A stretch of DNA of 64,000 nucleotides from Spirochaetota bacterium (GTDB lineage: Bacteria; Spirochaetota; UBA4802; JAFGDQ01), in contig JAZDKB010000023.1 of assembly GCA_043803405.1 (NCBI GenBank), positions 1-64,000 of the forward strand. Direction: 5' to 3'. Under the pieces are notes generated by a model that saw only the letters and a list, made by a program, of their open reading frames with translations, was not told the DNA's origin and did not search any database. Below are positions 52,943 through 63,139 of this stretch, piece after piece (position 1 is the stretch's first letter; each line of letters opens with the position of its first letter). The translations under genes and the position numbers were made by a program.

Positions 52943-53167
52943 ATGAAAGTATATACATATTCAGAAGCGCGACAGAGACTTTCTGAAGTGCTTGATATTG
53001 CTCTTAAAGAAGAAGTAATAGTTAAAAGAAGAGGTGGTGAAACATTCTCCATTGTTTATAAAAAAAATAAAAAATCAGCTTTAGATGTGCCGGGAATTAA
53101 TTTAAATGTCAGCACAAAAGACATTCTTGATGCGGTTAAGGAATCAAGATCAGAAGAAAACGTTTAA
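52943..53167 (+). CDS. Phd/YefM antitoxin
   Basis: MKVYTYSEARQRLSEVLD...EVIVKRRG. Confidence 0.85.
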   Translation: MKVYTYSEARQRLSEVLDIALKEEVIVKRRGGETFSIVYKKNKKSALDVPGINLNVSTKDILDAVKESRSEENV

Positions 53168-53249
53168 ATAATTACTGCTTACCGCTAAACAAAATCCGCT
53201 AACAATTCTTTTATAAAACCTGTAGATTCAACTCTTAATATAAAAAAAA

Positions 53250-53288
53250 TTAACAAAATCTTTACATTTATGTTATAATTACTTTAAA
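53250..53288 (+). promoter_or_regulatory. Pho box upstream of the pst/pho operon
   Basis: TTAACA/TTTACA/GTTATA/TTTAAA at 53250, 53261, 53272 and 53283. Confidence 0.75.
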
Positions 53289-53430
53289 ATATTATTATCA
53301 TTTGCAAACAAAGTATAATAAATAAGATCGGTTTTATTATTTTAAGGCAAATAACCGGGTTTTCTGCCCGCAGACAGCAATGTAAAACCGGTTTTAACAA
53401 TTATAGAATAATTAACCGGCTGGACAGAAA

Positions 53431-54186
53431 ATGAACGGCAAACTTGAAATCAACAATCTTAGTTTTTTTTACGGGGATAATGTTGCAGTAAAAAACGTTA
53501 CTATTGCAGTTAAGGAAAACTCGGTGCTTGCGCTTATAGGGCCTTCGGGCTGCGGAAAGTCGACGCTGCTCCGCTGTATTAACAGGATGAACGATATAAT
53601 ACCTGGGGCAAGAACGGAAGGGGACATTGTTCTTGACGGTGAGTCGATTTATAACAATAAATATGATGTTACCGACCTTCGAAGAAGAGTGGGCATGGTG
53701 TTTCAGAAGTCGAACCCTTTTCCTAAAACCATATTCGAAAACATTGCTTACGGCCTGAAGATAAACGGAATAAAAAACAGGTACGATATTGAAACGAAGG
53801 TGGAAAAATCACTAAAGGGATCGGCACTGTGGGATGAGGTCAAAGACAGGCTGGACGATTCAGCCCTTAGCCTTTCAGGCGGCCAGCAGCAGAGGCTGTG
53901 CATCGCAAGAACGATAGCCATTGAGCCGGAAGTAATTCTGATGGACGAACCGGCATCCGCGCTTGATCCGATCTCGACGCAGAAGATCGAAGAGCTTATT
54001 CAGGATTTGAAATCGAAATATACAATAGTGATCGTAACACATAACATGCAGCAGGCAGCACGCATAAGCGATTTTACTGCGTTTATGTATATGGGGAACC
54101 TGATCGAAATAAATAACACAGAAGCCATATTCACGAAACCTGAACTTGAAATGACGGAAAATTATATAACAGGCAAATTCGGTTAG
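53431..54186 (+). CDS. pstB: Phosphate ABC transporter ATPase
   Basis: [41 protein letters not shown]. Confidence 0.97.
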   Translation: MNGKLEINNLSFFYGDNVAVKNVTIAVKENSVLALIGPSGCGKSTLLRCINRMNDIIPGARTEGDIVLDGESIYNNKYDVTDLRRRVGMVFQKSNPFPKTIFENIAYGLKINGIKNRYDIETKVEKSLKGSALWDEVKDRLDDSALSLSGGQQQRLCIARTIAIEPEVILMDEPASALDPISTQKIEELIQDLKSKYTIVIVTHNMQQAARISDFTAFMYMGNLIEINNTEAIFTKPELEMTENYITGKFG

Positions 54187-54309
54187 AGCTTTGCCACCGA
54201 GGAACATTGAGCATGGGAAGATAAATATCAGTAAAATATTTTTTATTTCCTTATGTGATCTTTGCTTCTTCTCCGTGACTCTGTGGTTAATATTAAGTAG
54301 AGGCAAAAC

Positions 54310-54966
54310 ATGAAAACACATCTTGAGCAGGAACTTGAAAACACAAGGGCTAAGATATTCGAAATGGCAGACCTTGTAATTGAATCTGTAATTAAGGCTG
54401 TCGAATCCCTGAGAAATTCAGATTCCATTCTTGCGCAAAAAGTAATTGATGAAGATTCAAAGCTGGATGAGCTTGAAAATATTATAGATGAAATGTGCGT
54501 TAAAATATTAGTCACAAAACAGCCTGCGGCTGTGCATCTGCGGCTTGTTCTCGCGATGCTGAAGATAAACACTGATCTTGAAAGAATTGGCGATCTTGCA
54601 TCGAATATTGCCAAAGAAGCAAAGAAATTCGAAGGCAGGACATTGTTTAAAAATCCTATTGATATTTTAAGAATGACATCAATCGCGATTGAGATGATTA
54701 AAGGATCTTTTCTTTCCATAAGCGGGAAGAACGCGGACATTGCAAAGAATATAATTGAAAGAGATAATGAAATCGATGATCTGAATATGCAGGTTTACAG
54801 GGAGCTTTATTCATATATGGCAGAAAATCCGAAAATTATTTCCGACGCTTTAAGTATGATAATGGTAGCCAAGGCGCTTGAAAGAATAGGCGACCATGCG
54901 ACAAATATTGCCGAAAGGGCTATTTATTATATTCAGGGAGTAGATGTCAGGCACACTGATGTATAA
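54310..54966 (+). CDS. phoU: Phosphate signalling protein PhoU
   Basis: Two LERIGD repeats. Confidence 0.96.
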   Translation: MKTHLEQELENTRAKIFEMADLVIESVIKAVESLRNSDSILAQKVIDEDSKLDELENIIDEMCVKILVTKQPAAVHLRLVLAMLKINTDLERIGDLASNIAKEAKKFEGRTLFKNPIDILRMTSIAIEMIKGSFLSISGKNADIAKNIIERDNEIDDLNMQVYRELYSYMAENPKIISDALSMIMVAKALERIGDHATNIAERAIYYIQGVDVRHTDV

Positions 54967-55017
54967 CAAAATGTTTGCTCAGGTCATGTATTTATAAGCT
55001 TTACGGACAAATGCATT

Positions 55018-55704
55018 ATGAAGAAAAAGATTTTTGTCATAGATGATGAAAAGGACTTGCAGGAGATTTTGCAGGTAAATTTCGTTAAGGAAGGATATGA
55101 TGTCAGGACTTTCTCTTCGGCAGAGGAAGCTCTGGAGGCAATTGAGAGCGACAGGCCGGATCTGATACTGCTCGATATAATGATGCAGGGAATGGACGGT
55201 TATGACTTCTGCAAAAAGATACGTACATCTGCCGATTGTAAAACAATCCCGATCATTTTTCTTTCGGCAAAGTCCGAGGAGTTCGACAAGGTTCTGGGCC
55301 TGGAACTCGGAGGCGATGATTATGTGACCAAGCCTTTCGGGCTGAAAGAGCTTATGTCGAGGGTCAAGGCAGTATTTAGGCGCAGTGAAGCACATCCCGA
55401 AAATACGGACATTTCTGTTTTAAAATATGAAGGGATAGAACTTTATCCAGAGAAATATCTTCTCAGGGTTGACGGTAAAAATATTAAGGTTACTAAAACA
55501 GAATTCAATCTGCTTTACCTTTTCATGAAGCATCCGGGAAAGGTGTTCACAAGGGACAATATTATAAACAGCGTAAAAGGCGAGGATATTTACGTGATCG
55601 ACAGAACAATAGATGTTCATATTATGAACCTAAGAAAAAAGCTGGGCAAGTATAAGAATCTTATTTCGACTTTTTCCGGGGTCGGTTACGGGTTAAAGGC
55701 ATAA
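55018..55704 (+). CDS. phoB: OmpR-family response regulator PhoB/PhoP
   Basis: REC + winged helix (RTIDVHI); located in the pst operon. Confidence 0.88.
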   Translation: MKKKIFVIDDEKDLQEILQVNFVKEGYDVRTFSSAEEALEAIESDRPDLILLDIMMQGMDGYDFCKKIRTSADCKTIPIIFLSAKSEEFDKVLGLELGGDDYVTKPFGLKELMSRVKAVFRRSEAHPENTDISVLKYEGIELYPEKYLLRVDGKNIKVTKTEFNLLYLFMKHPGKVFTRDNIINSVKGEDIYVIDRTIDVHIMNLRKKLGKYKNLISTFSGVGYGLKA

Positions 55705-55709
55705 GTACA

Positions 55710-56600
55710 ATGAAACATTTAACCAGAAAAAATCTGTATGATTTAATATTGAGTAAGTTTTTCCTTATCGTAGGTTTGTCATGTCTTTTTATATTATTCC
55801 TGATAATGCTTTTTCTGTTTATGGAAGGCATTCCTGTCTTAATGGATGTAAATGTAATCGACTTTATTTTCGGTACAAGCTGGTACCCTACAAGCGATCA
55901 CCCCCGCTTCGGAATATTCCCTCTTATCGTTGCTTCCGTTGCAGTGACAATTCTGGCTTCGCTTATTGCTGTGCCGTTCAGCCTTGCCATTGCCGTGTAT
56001 CTTTCCGAACTGGCTCACTCTGTTGTAAGAGAAATTATAAAGCCGGTAGTTGAAATTATTGCCTCCATACCTTCGGTCATCATCGGTTTTTTCGGGATGG
56101 TTGTGGCAGCTCCGTTTCTTCAGAACACGTTTGATCTTGACACAGGGCTCAATCTTTTTAACGCGGCTCTTATGCTTGCCTTTATGGCTGTGCCCACGAT
56201 CGCGAGTATATGCGAGGACGCGATTTCTTCAGTTCCTTCGTCGCTTAAAGAAGCGTCATACGCGCTCGGAGCAAACAGGTGGCAGACTATTTATCATATT
56301 ACAATACCTGCAGCGCTCTCAGGCATCTGGACTGCGATCATACTCGGCATATCAAGGGTCATAGGGGAAACCATGGTTGTGCTGATGGTGGCAGGCGGAG
56401 CGGCAATTATACCCGAATCGCTTTTCGATCCGGTGAGGCCGCTTACATCGAACATAGCTGCGGAAATGGCAGAGGCGCCGGTTGGCAGTGTTCATTATCA
56501 TGCATTGTTTGCAATAGGCATAATACTTTTTATTATAACATTTGTTTTTAACATTATAGCCGACTATTTGTCGGGAAAATATAAGTTTAAGGAAGGGTAA
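55710..56600 (+). CDS. pstC: Phosphate ABC permease PstC
   Basis: IPSVIIGFFG, EASYALGA, GETMVV. Confidence 0.95.
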   Translation: MKHLTRKNLYDLILSKFFLIVGLSCLFILFLIMLFLFMEGIPVLMDVNVIDFIFGTSWYPTSDHPRFGIFPLIVASVAVTILASLIAVPFSLAIAVYLSELAHSVVREIIKPVVEIIASIPSVIIGFFGMVVAAPFLQNTFDLDTGLNLFNAALMLAFMAVPTIASICEDAISSVPSSLKEASYALGANRWQTIYHITIPAALSGIWTAIILGISRVIGETMVVLMVAGGAAIIPESLFDPVRPLTSNIAAEMAEAPVGSVHYHALFAIGIILFIITFVFNIIADYLSGKYKFKEG

Positions 56601-56651
56601 ACAAAATCAACTTCAAATCTTTCTCTGTAAAGGATAAGGCTGCATTATACA

Positions 56652-56752
56652 GCCCCCTAAATCCCCCTAGAGGGGGACTTAAAAACGGAAAAAGTATTAA
56701 CCTTTCTCTTTGGAAAAAGCTAAAAGTCCCCCTCTAGGGGGATTTAGGGGGC
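56652..56752. repeat. REP-like perfect 29-bp inverted repeat
   Basis: GCCCCCTAAATCCCCCTAGAGGGGGACTT (56652-56680) and its exact reverse complement (56724-56752). Confidence 0.9.
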
Positions 56753-56872
56753 CGGGAGTAGAAAAGCTAGGTATTATTATTTATATACTTTTAGCATGAG
56801 ACAGTCCCTTGCTTTGAGAAGAACTTAAGGGAGATTATTCAGGATCAGGAGGATAAGTTAAAAAATACTACC

Positions 56873-57733
56873 ATGAAAACAAAGCCGGATTTTATTCAAA
56901 ACATAGTTTTTATTGTAATAAGAGTGCTGTCTTATAGCGTCATAATTTTTCTTTTCTTTATGCTCGGCTATATTATTAAAATGGGCGCAGAAGCGTTATC
57001 GTGGGAATTTATATCTGCGTTCCCCGAAGACAGCATGACCAAAGGCGGAATAATGCCTGCCTTAGTAGGCACACTTTATCTTATTCTGGGGTCCTCGGTA
57101 GTCTCAATACCAGTCGGTATTGCAACAGCAGTTTATCTGACTGAATATGCATCAAGCGATAAAATGGTTCGTATAATCAGGCTCGGAGTCAGCAATCTTG
57201 CCGGTGTACCCTCGGTCGTTTTCGGACTTTTCGGTTTAAGTTTGTTTGTAATATTTTTGAATTTCGGGACATCGGTCCTGGCAGGCTCCCTTACCCTGGG
57301 AGTTCTGAACCTTCCGGTAATTATACGTTCCACTGAAGAAGCTTTAATGACTGTACCGAAAACATTCAGGGAAGCTTCCCTGTCCCTGGGGGCAACGCGC
57401 TGGCAGACTATTTACAGGATAGTGCTCCCAGGCGCGCTTCCCGGAATACTTACCGGCATTATGCTTTCGCTCGGAAGAGCTGCTGGCGAGACCGCGCCGA
57501 TAATGTTCACGGCAGCAGCTTTCTTTACCCCGGATCTGCCGACATCGCCCTTCCACCAGGTTATGGCTCTTCCTTATCATATCTATGTTCTCGCAACAGC
57601 CGGAACACGCATACAGGAGACAAGACACCTTCAATACGGTACAGCCATTATACTGATATTCCTTGTGCTCCTGCTTAACATGGCCGGACTTGTTTTCAGG
57701 TACAGGTTTAGGAAAAAGCTAAGAGGGAGATAA
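56873..57733 (+). CDS. pstA: Phosphate ABC permease PstA
   Basis: GVPSVVFGLFG, GRAAGETAP. Confidence 0.95.
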   Translation: MKTKPDFIQNIVFIVIRVLSYSVIIFLFFMLGYIIKMGAEALSWEFISAFPEDSMTKGGIMPALVGTLYLILGSSVVSIPVGIATAVYLTEYASSDKMVRIIRLGVSNLAGVPSVVFGLFGLSLFVIFLNFGTSVLAGSLTLGVLNLPVIIRSTEEALMTVPKTFREASLSLGATRWQTIYRIVLPGALPGILTGIMLSLGRAAGETAPIMFTAAAFFTPDLPTSPFHQVMALPYHIYVLATAGTRIQETRHLQYGTAIILIFLVLLLNMAGLVFRYRFRKKLRGR

Positions 57734-59466
57734 TGAAAAAGATCCGCAATAAAATACTGGTGCCGATTGCCTTCCTCATGATCCTTCTGATCTCGGTCCT
57801 GGGCATTTTTTTTAATTCTCTGTTAAAAGAGACCTACCTTAATATTATCAAGCAGGAAATGAAAGAAAAAATAGAGTTTATTAATATTATAATCAGGGAT
57901 ACTCCGGGATTATATACAGGAAGGGTAACTGAATTTTTTTCAGGAAAGATTAAAAGCATTTCATCTGTCATTAATATGAGAATAACGGTAGTCGACCATA
58001 CCGGAAAGGTAATTGCCGATACCGATCATGATCCAGCCGGTATGGATAATCACAAATACAGGATCGAGATCAAGGACTCCATTGAAAAAAAGACAGGCGA
58101 AAGCATACGCTACAGTAATACGCTGAACACGGATATGTTGTATTATGCAATAAGTTATAATAATTATATAATAAGACTGGCCAAACCCTTGCTTGTAATT
58201 GACGCCGCATTAACCAAGCTTACTAAAACAATATTTCTGGCCGGCCTCACAGTAGTTATTGCGGCAGTAGTTATTATTTTATTAATATCAAATAAAATAA
58301 CCATTCCAATACGTGAAACAAGGGATTTTGCAATATCATTCTCCGGTGGGGATTATACCAGGAGGATACAGGATTTTAGCGGTGATGAAATAGGCATTCT
58401 CCAAAGAACGCTTAACAGGATGGCGGAAAGTATTGTGTATGAGATGAACCTGCTGGAACTGGAGCAGAATAAATTAAAAGTGACGCTTAACAGCATTAGC
58501 GACGGCATAGCTGTTGTAGATAATAATAAAAACATAGTAATTGCCAACAGGGCCTTTTTCTCTTTTCTTGGAATTCAGAATGAAATGCTCAATAAAATTT
58601 ATTATGAAGTAATAAGGGGCAGTTCGTTTAATAAAAAAATAGAATATTCATTATCGCACGGGGAAGCAGCTGATTTCCGGGAAAAATTTTATCCGGACAG
58701 ATTATGCGAGATTTCAATTATTCCCATTAAGGAAAAAACGGAAATCGAGGGAATATTAATTGTAATGCACGATGTTACCGAAAAAGTGAAAATGGATCAG
58801 CTTAAGACCGATCTTGTCGGCAATCTTTCACACGAACTTAAAACTCCAGTGGCTATACTGAAAGGCTATCTCGAAACAATTCAGGATAATTTAACCGATA
58901 TAAACTTATGCTCGGATTTTATTAAAAAGGCTATTTTAAATCTGAACAGGCAGGATTCTATAATTAATGACATGCTTAAGCTGAACATGCTGGAGACAAT
59001 GACCGGCATTCCCTTTGAACCTATTAATCTGAAAGAAATAATTAATAACAGTATTGAAATATTAAACATAAAAGCGAATGCAAAGGAAATTGAAATAAAT
59101 TCCGATATTGACATACTGAACAGAAATATTCAGGGGAATAAGTTTTTAGCTGAAGAAATATTTTTTAATATTATAATTAACGCGATTAATTATACAAATC
59201 CTAAAGGCAGCATTAATGTAAAAGCATTCGAGGATAACGGTAAAACAGTTATATCAATAGCCGATTCCGGCATAGGTATCCCCGAAGAATCTCTCGGCAG
59301 AATATTCGAGAGGTTTTACCGTGTCGATAAAAGCCGCTCGCGTGCCACCGGCGGCACAGGGCTGGGACTCTCCATAGTAAAGCATGCTGTCGAAATACTG
59401 AACTGGGAGATCGGCGTTGAGTCCGGCGGAAACGGCACTGTTTTTTTTATTAATATTAATAGTTAG
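57733..59466 (+). CDS. phoR: Sensor histidine kinase PhoR
   Basis: HAMP, PAS, SHELKTP, FYRVDKSRSR, GGTGLGL. Confidence 0.92.
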   Translation: MKKIRNKILVPIAFLMILLISVLGIFFNSLLKETYLNIIKQEMKEKIEFINIIIRDTPGLYTGRVTEFFSGKIKSISSVINMRITVVDHTGKVIADTDHDPAGMDNHKYRIEIKDSIEKKTGESIRYSNTLNTDMLYYAISYNNYIIRLAKPLLVIDAALTKLTKTIFLAGLTVVIAAVVIILLISNKITIPIRETRDFAISFSGGDYTRRIQDFSGDEIGILQRTLNRMAESIVYEMNLLELEQNKLKVTLNSISDGIAVVDNNKNIVIANRAFFSFLGIQNEMLNKIYYEVIRGSSFNKKIEYSLSHGEAADFREKFYPDRLCEISIIPIKEKTEIEGILIVMHDVTEKVKMDQLKTDLVGNLSHELKTPVAILKGYLETIQDNLTDINLCSDFIKKAILNLNRQDSIINDMLKLNMLETMTGIPFEPINLKEIINNSIEILNIKANAKEIEINSDIDILNRNIQGNKFLAEEIFFNIIINAINYTNPKGSINVKAFEDNGKTVISIADSGIGIPEESLGRIFERFYRVDKSRSRATGGTGLGLSIVKHAVEILNWEIGVESGGNGTVFFININS

Positions 59467-59596
59467 AATTCATTCCAGTATTTTTGAAATATATTTTGGG
59501 ACACATCAGTAATTAATAAAGTTTTCCTTTGGACAAAAGACAAACAGCTTTCAATTATATATTTCGAAATAATTACAAATAAAAATATTTTTTAAA

Positions 59597-59695
59597 ATGC
59601 AATTTATCGGCGTTCTGCCGGAAAGTGAAATTGTTGACGCTCAAAGAGAAGTTTGCAGTATCATCGGTAAACTTATAGAGGAGGATGTGATTTAA
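59597..59695 (+). pseudogene. 32-aa fragment resembling the FliG C-terminal helices
   Basis: MQFIGVLPESEIVDAQREVCSIIGKLIEEDVI*. Confidence 0.45.
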
Positions 59696-59905
59696 TCTTC
59701 TGGTCTTGTGCTGGCATATTGTATGTCAGCCCACACTGCTTTGATGCTGTCTGACAAATTATTAAATTATTTCAACTCCATTATTCATTATCTTTGAGGG
59801 TATTAAATACGCTTTTTGATATTTGTTGCTATGTTAGGTTCCTGTTTCATAACATACAGTCGAATAATATGTTAGGATCGAAAAATTTACTTGATTTTTA
59901 TTTCA

Positions 59906-59937
59906 TTGACGTATTTATTTAACATAAATATACGTCA
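59906..59937 (+). promoter_or_regulatory. TA promoter/operator inverted repeat
   Basis: TGACGTAT...ATACGTCA overlapping a TTGACG -35 box. Confidence 0.7.
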
Positions 59938-59947
59938 GGAGTTACAA

Positions 59948-60193
59948 ATGAATACTAAATTAACTTTAAGATTAAGCAATGAATTAATTAATGAGGCAAA
60001 GAATTATGCTAAAAAAGAAGGCAAATCTTTATCTCAACTTGTTAGCGACTTTTTTGTTGCAATAAGTTCGAAAAAAGTTTCTACTCAAAAACCTTATTTA
60101 AAGCCAAAAACTTCTAAATTATATGGATCACTAAAAGGTAAATTAGTTTCGAAAGAAGACTACAATAAGCATATTGAGAAAAAATATCTATGA
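59948..60193 (+). CDS. RHH-type antitoxin (DUF6364-like)
   Basis: MNTKLTLRL...AKNYAKKEGKSLSQLV; AGGAG RBS; ATG at 59948. Confidence 0.85.
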   Translation: MNTKLTLRLSNELINEAKNYAKKEGKSLSQLVSDFFVAISSKKVSTQKPYLKPKTSKLYGSLKGKLVSKEDYNKHIEKKYL

Positions 60194-60612
60194 TGAATAT
60201 CCTTTTTGATATCAATGTCATTCTAGATTCTTTATTAGACAGAAAACCTTATGGACATATTGCTGCATTATTAATTAATGCAGTTGAGGAATCAATAATA
60301 AATGGTTTTTTATCTGCTGATTCAGTTACTACTCTTTTTTATTTAATTCAAAAAGTAAAGAATAAGAACCAGGCTAAAGAAACAATTAAATTATTATTAG
60401 ATATTTTCGAAATTTCTCCAGTCAATCGTAATATTCTGCAAGAAGCTATTAACATAGATTTCAATGATTTTGAAGATGCAGTTGTTTATCAATCTGCTTT
60501 TTTAAGCAATTGCAATGGAATCGTAACAAGTAATACTAAAGATTTTAAAAAATCAAAAATTCACATTTACAATCCAAAAGAATTATTAAACGCAATAACA
60601 TATAAAAGTTAA
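60190..60612 (+). CDS. PIN-domain toxin
   Basis: LFDINVILD, DFEDAV, IVTSNTKDF. Confidence 0.9.
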   Translation: MMNILFDINVILDSLLDRKPYGHIAALLINAVEESIINGFLSADSVTTLFYLIQKVKNKNQAKETIKLLLDIFEISPVNRNILQEAINIDFNDFEDAVVYQSAFLSNCNGIVTSNTKDFKKSKIHIYNPKELLNAITYKS

Positions 60613-60638
60613 TTCAATTATACTTATTAAACAAGAAT

Positions 60639-61029
60639 CAAACTTACAATTAAGTGTGCTTCTCCACGCCGTTTTTTTGCAGCAGTTTGATTTGGCAGTC
60701 GAGATGTATTCGGTTTGTTGACAGAGTCGGCGTCGCGGGTCGAATATTACAAAATATTCTGTTGATATTAACAAGCAAAGCAAATCCGATTATCAATTAA
60801 ACAAGCACACGAATATTTTAAAGCCGCAGAACATGTAACTGTTGCTACAAAACCTCTTTTAATCCTGATATAATTTCTGCATTTGCTTTCCTGTGGCACA
60901 CATTTACTAAAGTTAAAGAACAGTAAAAGCTGAGTAATTTTATAAATTATTCTTGAAATACTGGAGATAAGATTTCCTATATAGGAAAAACATTTCTGAC
61001 TGCGTATGCAGTCTAATAATATGTTAGGC
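60639..61029 (+). repeat. ~390-bp inter-cassette repeat, copy 1 (attC-like end)
   Basis: Collinear with 61809-62200; ends GACTGCGTATGCAGTCTAATAATATGTTAGGC. Confidence 0.9.
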
Positions 61030-61091
61030 AATGAAAGTTACAGTAAAAAAACATTCTTTACATCAATTTCACTACTACAAAGACATCTTCA

Positions 61092-61673
61092 ATGCTATTC
61101 AATGAATATATAAATTTAATTGGTGATACTTCAATTTCTGGATGGACTATAACAATTGCATATTTTTCTACGGCATTCCTATGTTTGAGTGTCATTCAAA
61201 TCGAGAAAAAATTTTTTTTGGGTATCAAAGATATAAAGAGTTATTATATATGGCTAGCATTGTTCATCATGATGTTTCTCCTTGGGTTAAACAAGCAGCT
61301 GGATTTTCAAACATTATTTAGACTTATTATCCGTTATGTAGTAAAAATTGATTCCTCGTATATAATATGGCGTTGGTTTTTCCAGAAACTAGTTGCCGGA
61401 TTGGCTGGGCTATTCGGATTGTGTAGTATAGTAGGATTACTGTGGTGGTTAAGAGGGAGAGTTAAGGAATTTAAACTGGTAATTCTTGGTCTGGTATTTT
61501 TATTTACGTTTCTGGTGATTCGTATTGTTTCCATTAATCATGTTGGCCATCTTCTAGGCAACTGGAAGATAAACTACCCTTTCTGGATAAATCATATTGT
61601 TGAGCTAGGAGGAATTGTGCTGATCGGAGCAGAAGCGGTAATTCGTTTAAACTCCATGAGGCAAAAAACCTGA
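61092..61673 (+). CDS. Multi-TM hypothetical protein (cassette gene)
   Basis: About 5 TM helices; LGLNKQLDFQT. Confidence 0.8.
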   Translation: MLFNEYINLIGDTSISGWTITIAYFSTAFLCLSVIQIEKKFFLGIKDIKSYYIWLALFIMMFLLGLNKQLDFQTLFRLIIRYVVKIDSSYIIWRWFFQKLVAGLAGLFGLCSIVGLLWWLRGRVKEFKLVILGLVFLFTFLVIRIVSINHVGHLLGNWKINYPFWINHIVELGGIVLIGAEAVIRLNSMRQKT

Positions 61674-61808
61674 GATATACCTTTTATCTATTGGTGTTAG
61701 ATGAGATAAGTGGATGACAGAATACTAATGAATAAACTATAAAGAAAAATACAGCATGCGTTGTTTAGTAGTTCGTAAAATGCTACTAAACGAGCGCCTA
61801 ATAAGTGC

Positions 61809-62200
61809 CAAACTTACAATTAAGTCTGCTGCTCCCCGCCGTATTTGTGGCAATTTAATTTGGCAGTCGAGATTTAATTGATTTGCTAAAAGAGTCTGCA
61901 TCGTGGGTCGAATATTTCAAAATATTCTGTTGATATTAACAAACAAGCAAAGCAAATCCGATTATCAATTAAACAAGCACACGAATATTTTAAAGCCGCA
62001 GAACATGTAACTGCTGCTATAAAACCTCTTTTAATCCTGATACAATTTTTGCATTTGCCTTTCTGTGGCACTGTTCATTAAAGTTAAGGAATAGTAAAGG
62101 CTGAATAATTTCATAAATTATTCTTGAAATACTGGAGATAAGATTTTTTATATAGGAAAAACATATCTGACTGCGTATGCAGTCTAATAATATGTTAGGT
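61809..62200 (+). repeat. ~390-bp inter-cassette repeat, copy 2
   Basis: Preceded by GCCTAAT (61796); ends GTTAGGT. Confidence 0.9.
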
Positions 62201-62322
62201 ATTATATAGACTGGCGAGAATCATTTTGCATATTGATATATTTTGGAAATGTATGGCATGATCCTTAGTGAACGCTATAAAAACATAAAAAAATAAATTT
62301 ATTTCTCCACGAAATTAATTCA

Positions 62323-63099
62323 ATGATGACATTATTTTTTTTCCATGGTTACGCCTTATTCATAAGCAATGCCATTGAACCGGATTTCCATCAGCATCAT
62401 CTGATGGAACTGTTTATTTCACTTGATAAACCTTTAACAATAAAAATGAGTAAGGAATTTTATAAAGCAAAGAATTTTATTATTGAGTCTGACGAACTAC
62501 ACCGAATAGAAAGCAACAGTACTGCCTATGCAGTAATTCTATTGGATAGTGAGTCAAAAATTGCCCAGCAATTCAGGAAAATATTTCTTTATAAAAAGGA
62601 AATCTCCATTCTTTCGGATTCTTTGTTGTCATTATACCTGGAAGATATTAAGATGCTGTTCAACAATGATTGCAAAATAGAAAGAGCAAAAATTATCTGT
62701 GATAATATTATAGCCCATATTATTGGTGAAGAATCTATTGAAATAAGTATTATTGATCATAGAATTGAAAAAATTCTTAACATGTTCACTTTGTTTCCTG
62801 ATAAAAAAGTTAAAATAAAAGAGCTTTCCGAAAGAGTTGATTTATCTGAAAGCCGTTTAATTCATCTCTTTACCAAACAAGTCGGAATACCTATCCGCCA
62901 TTATCTGCTTTGGCTTAGACTAATAGATGCAATAAAGCTGATCGTAAAAGGCAGCTCTTTTACTGATGCGGCATATGAAGCTGGATTCTCTGATTCTGCA
63001 CATTTAAGCAGGACTTTTAAAAAAATGTTTGGATTAAAATTGCTGGAAGTATTTAAAAATTATAAAGATAGCGGATTCGTTCAAGTCATAACAGAATAG
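62323..63099 (+). CDS. AraC-family regulator
   Basis: LSESRLIHLF, AGFSDSAHLSRTFKKMFG. Confidence 0.92.
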   Translation: MMTLFFFHGYALFISNAIEPDFHQHHLMELFISLDKPLTIKMSKEFYKAKNFIIESDELHRIESNSTAYAVILLDSESKIAQQFRKIFLYKKEISILSDSLLSLYLEDIKMLFNNDCKIERAKIICDNIIAHIIGEESIEISIIDHRIEKILNMFTLFPDKKVKIKELSERVDLSESRLIHLFTKQVGIPIRHYLLWLRLIDAIKLIVKGSSFTDAAYEAGFSDSAHLSRTFKKMFGLKLLEVFKNYKDSGFVQVITE

Positions 63100-63139
63100 T
63101 TTTATTATAATTATCCTGTATAGAGACAGGAGGAAATAT

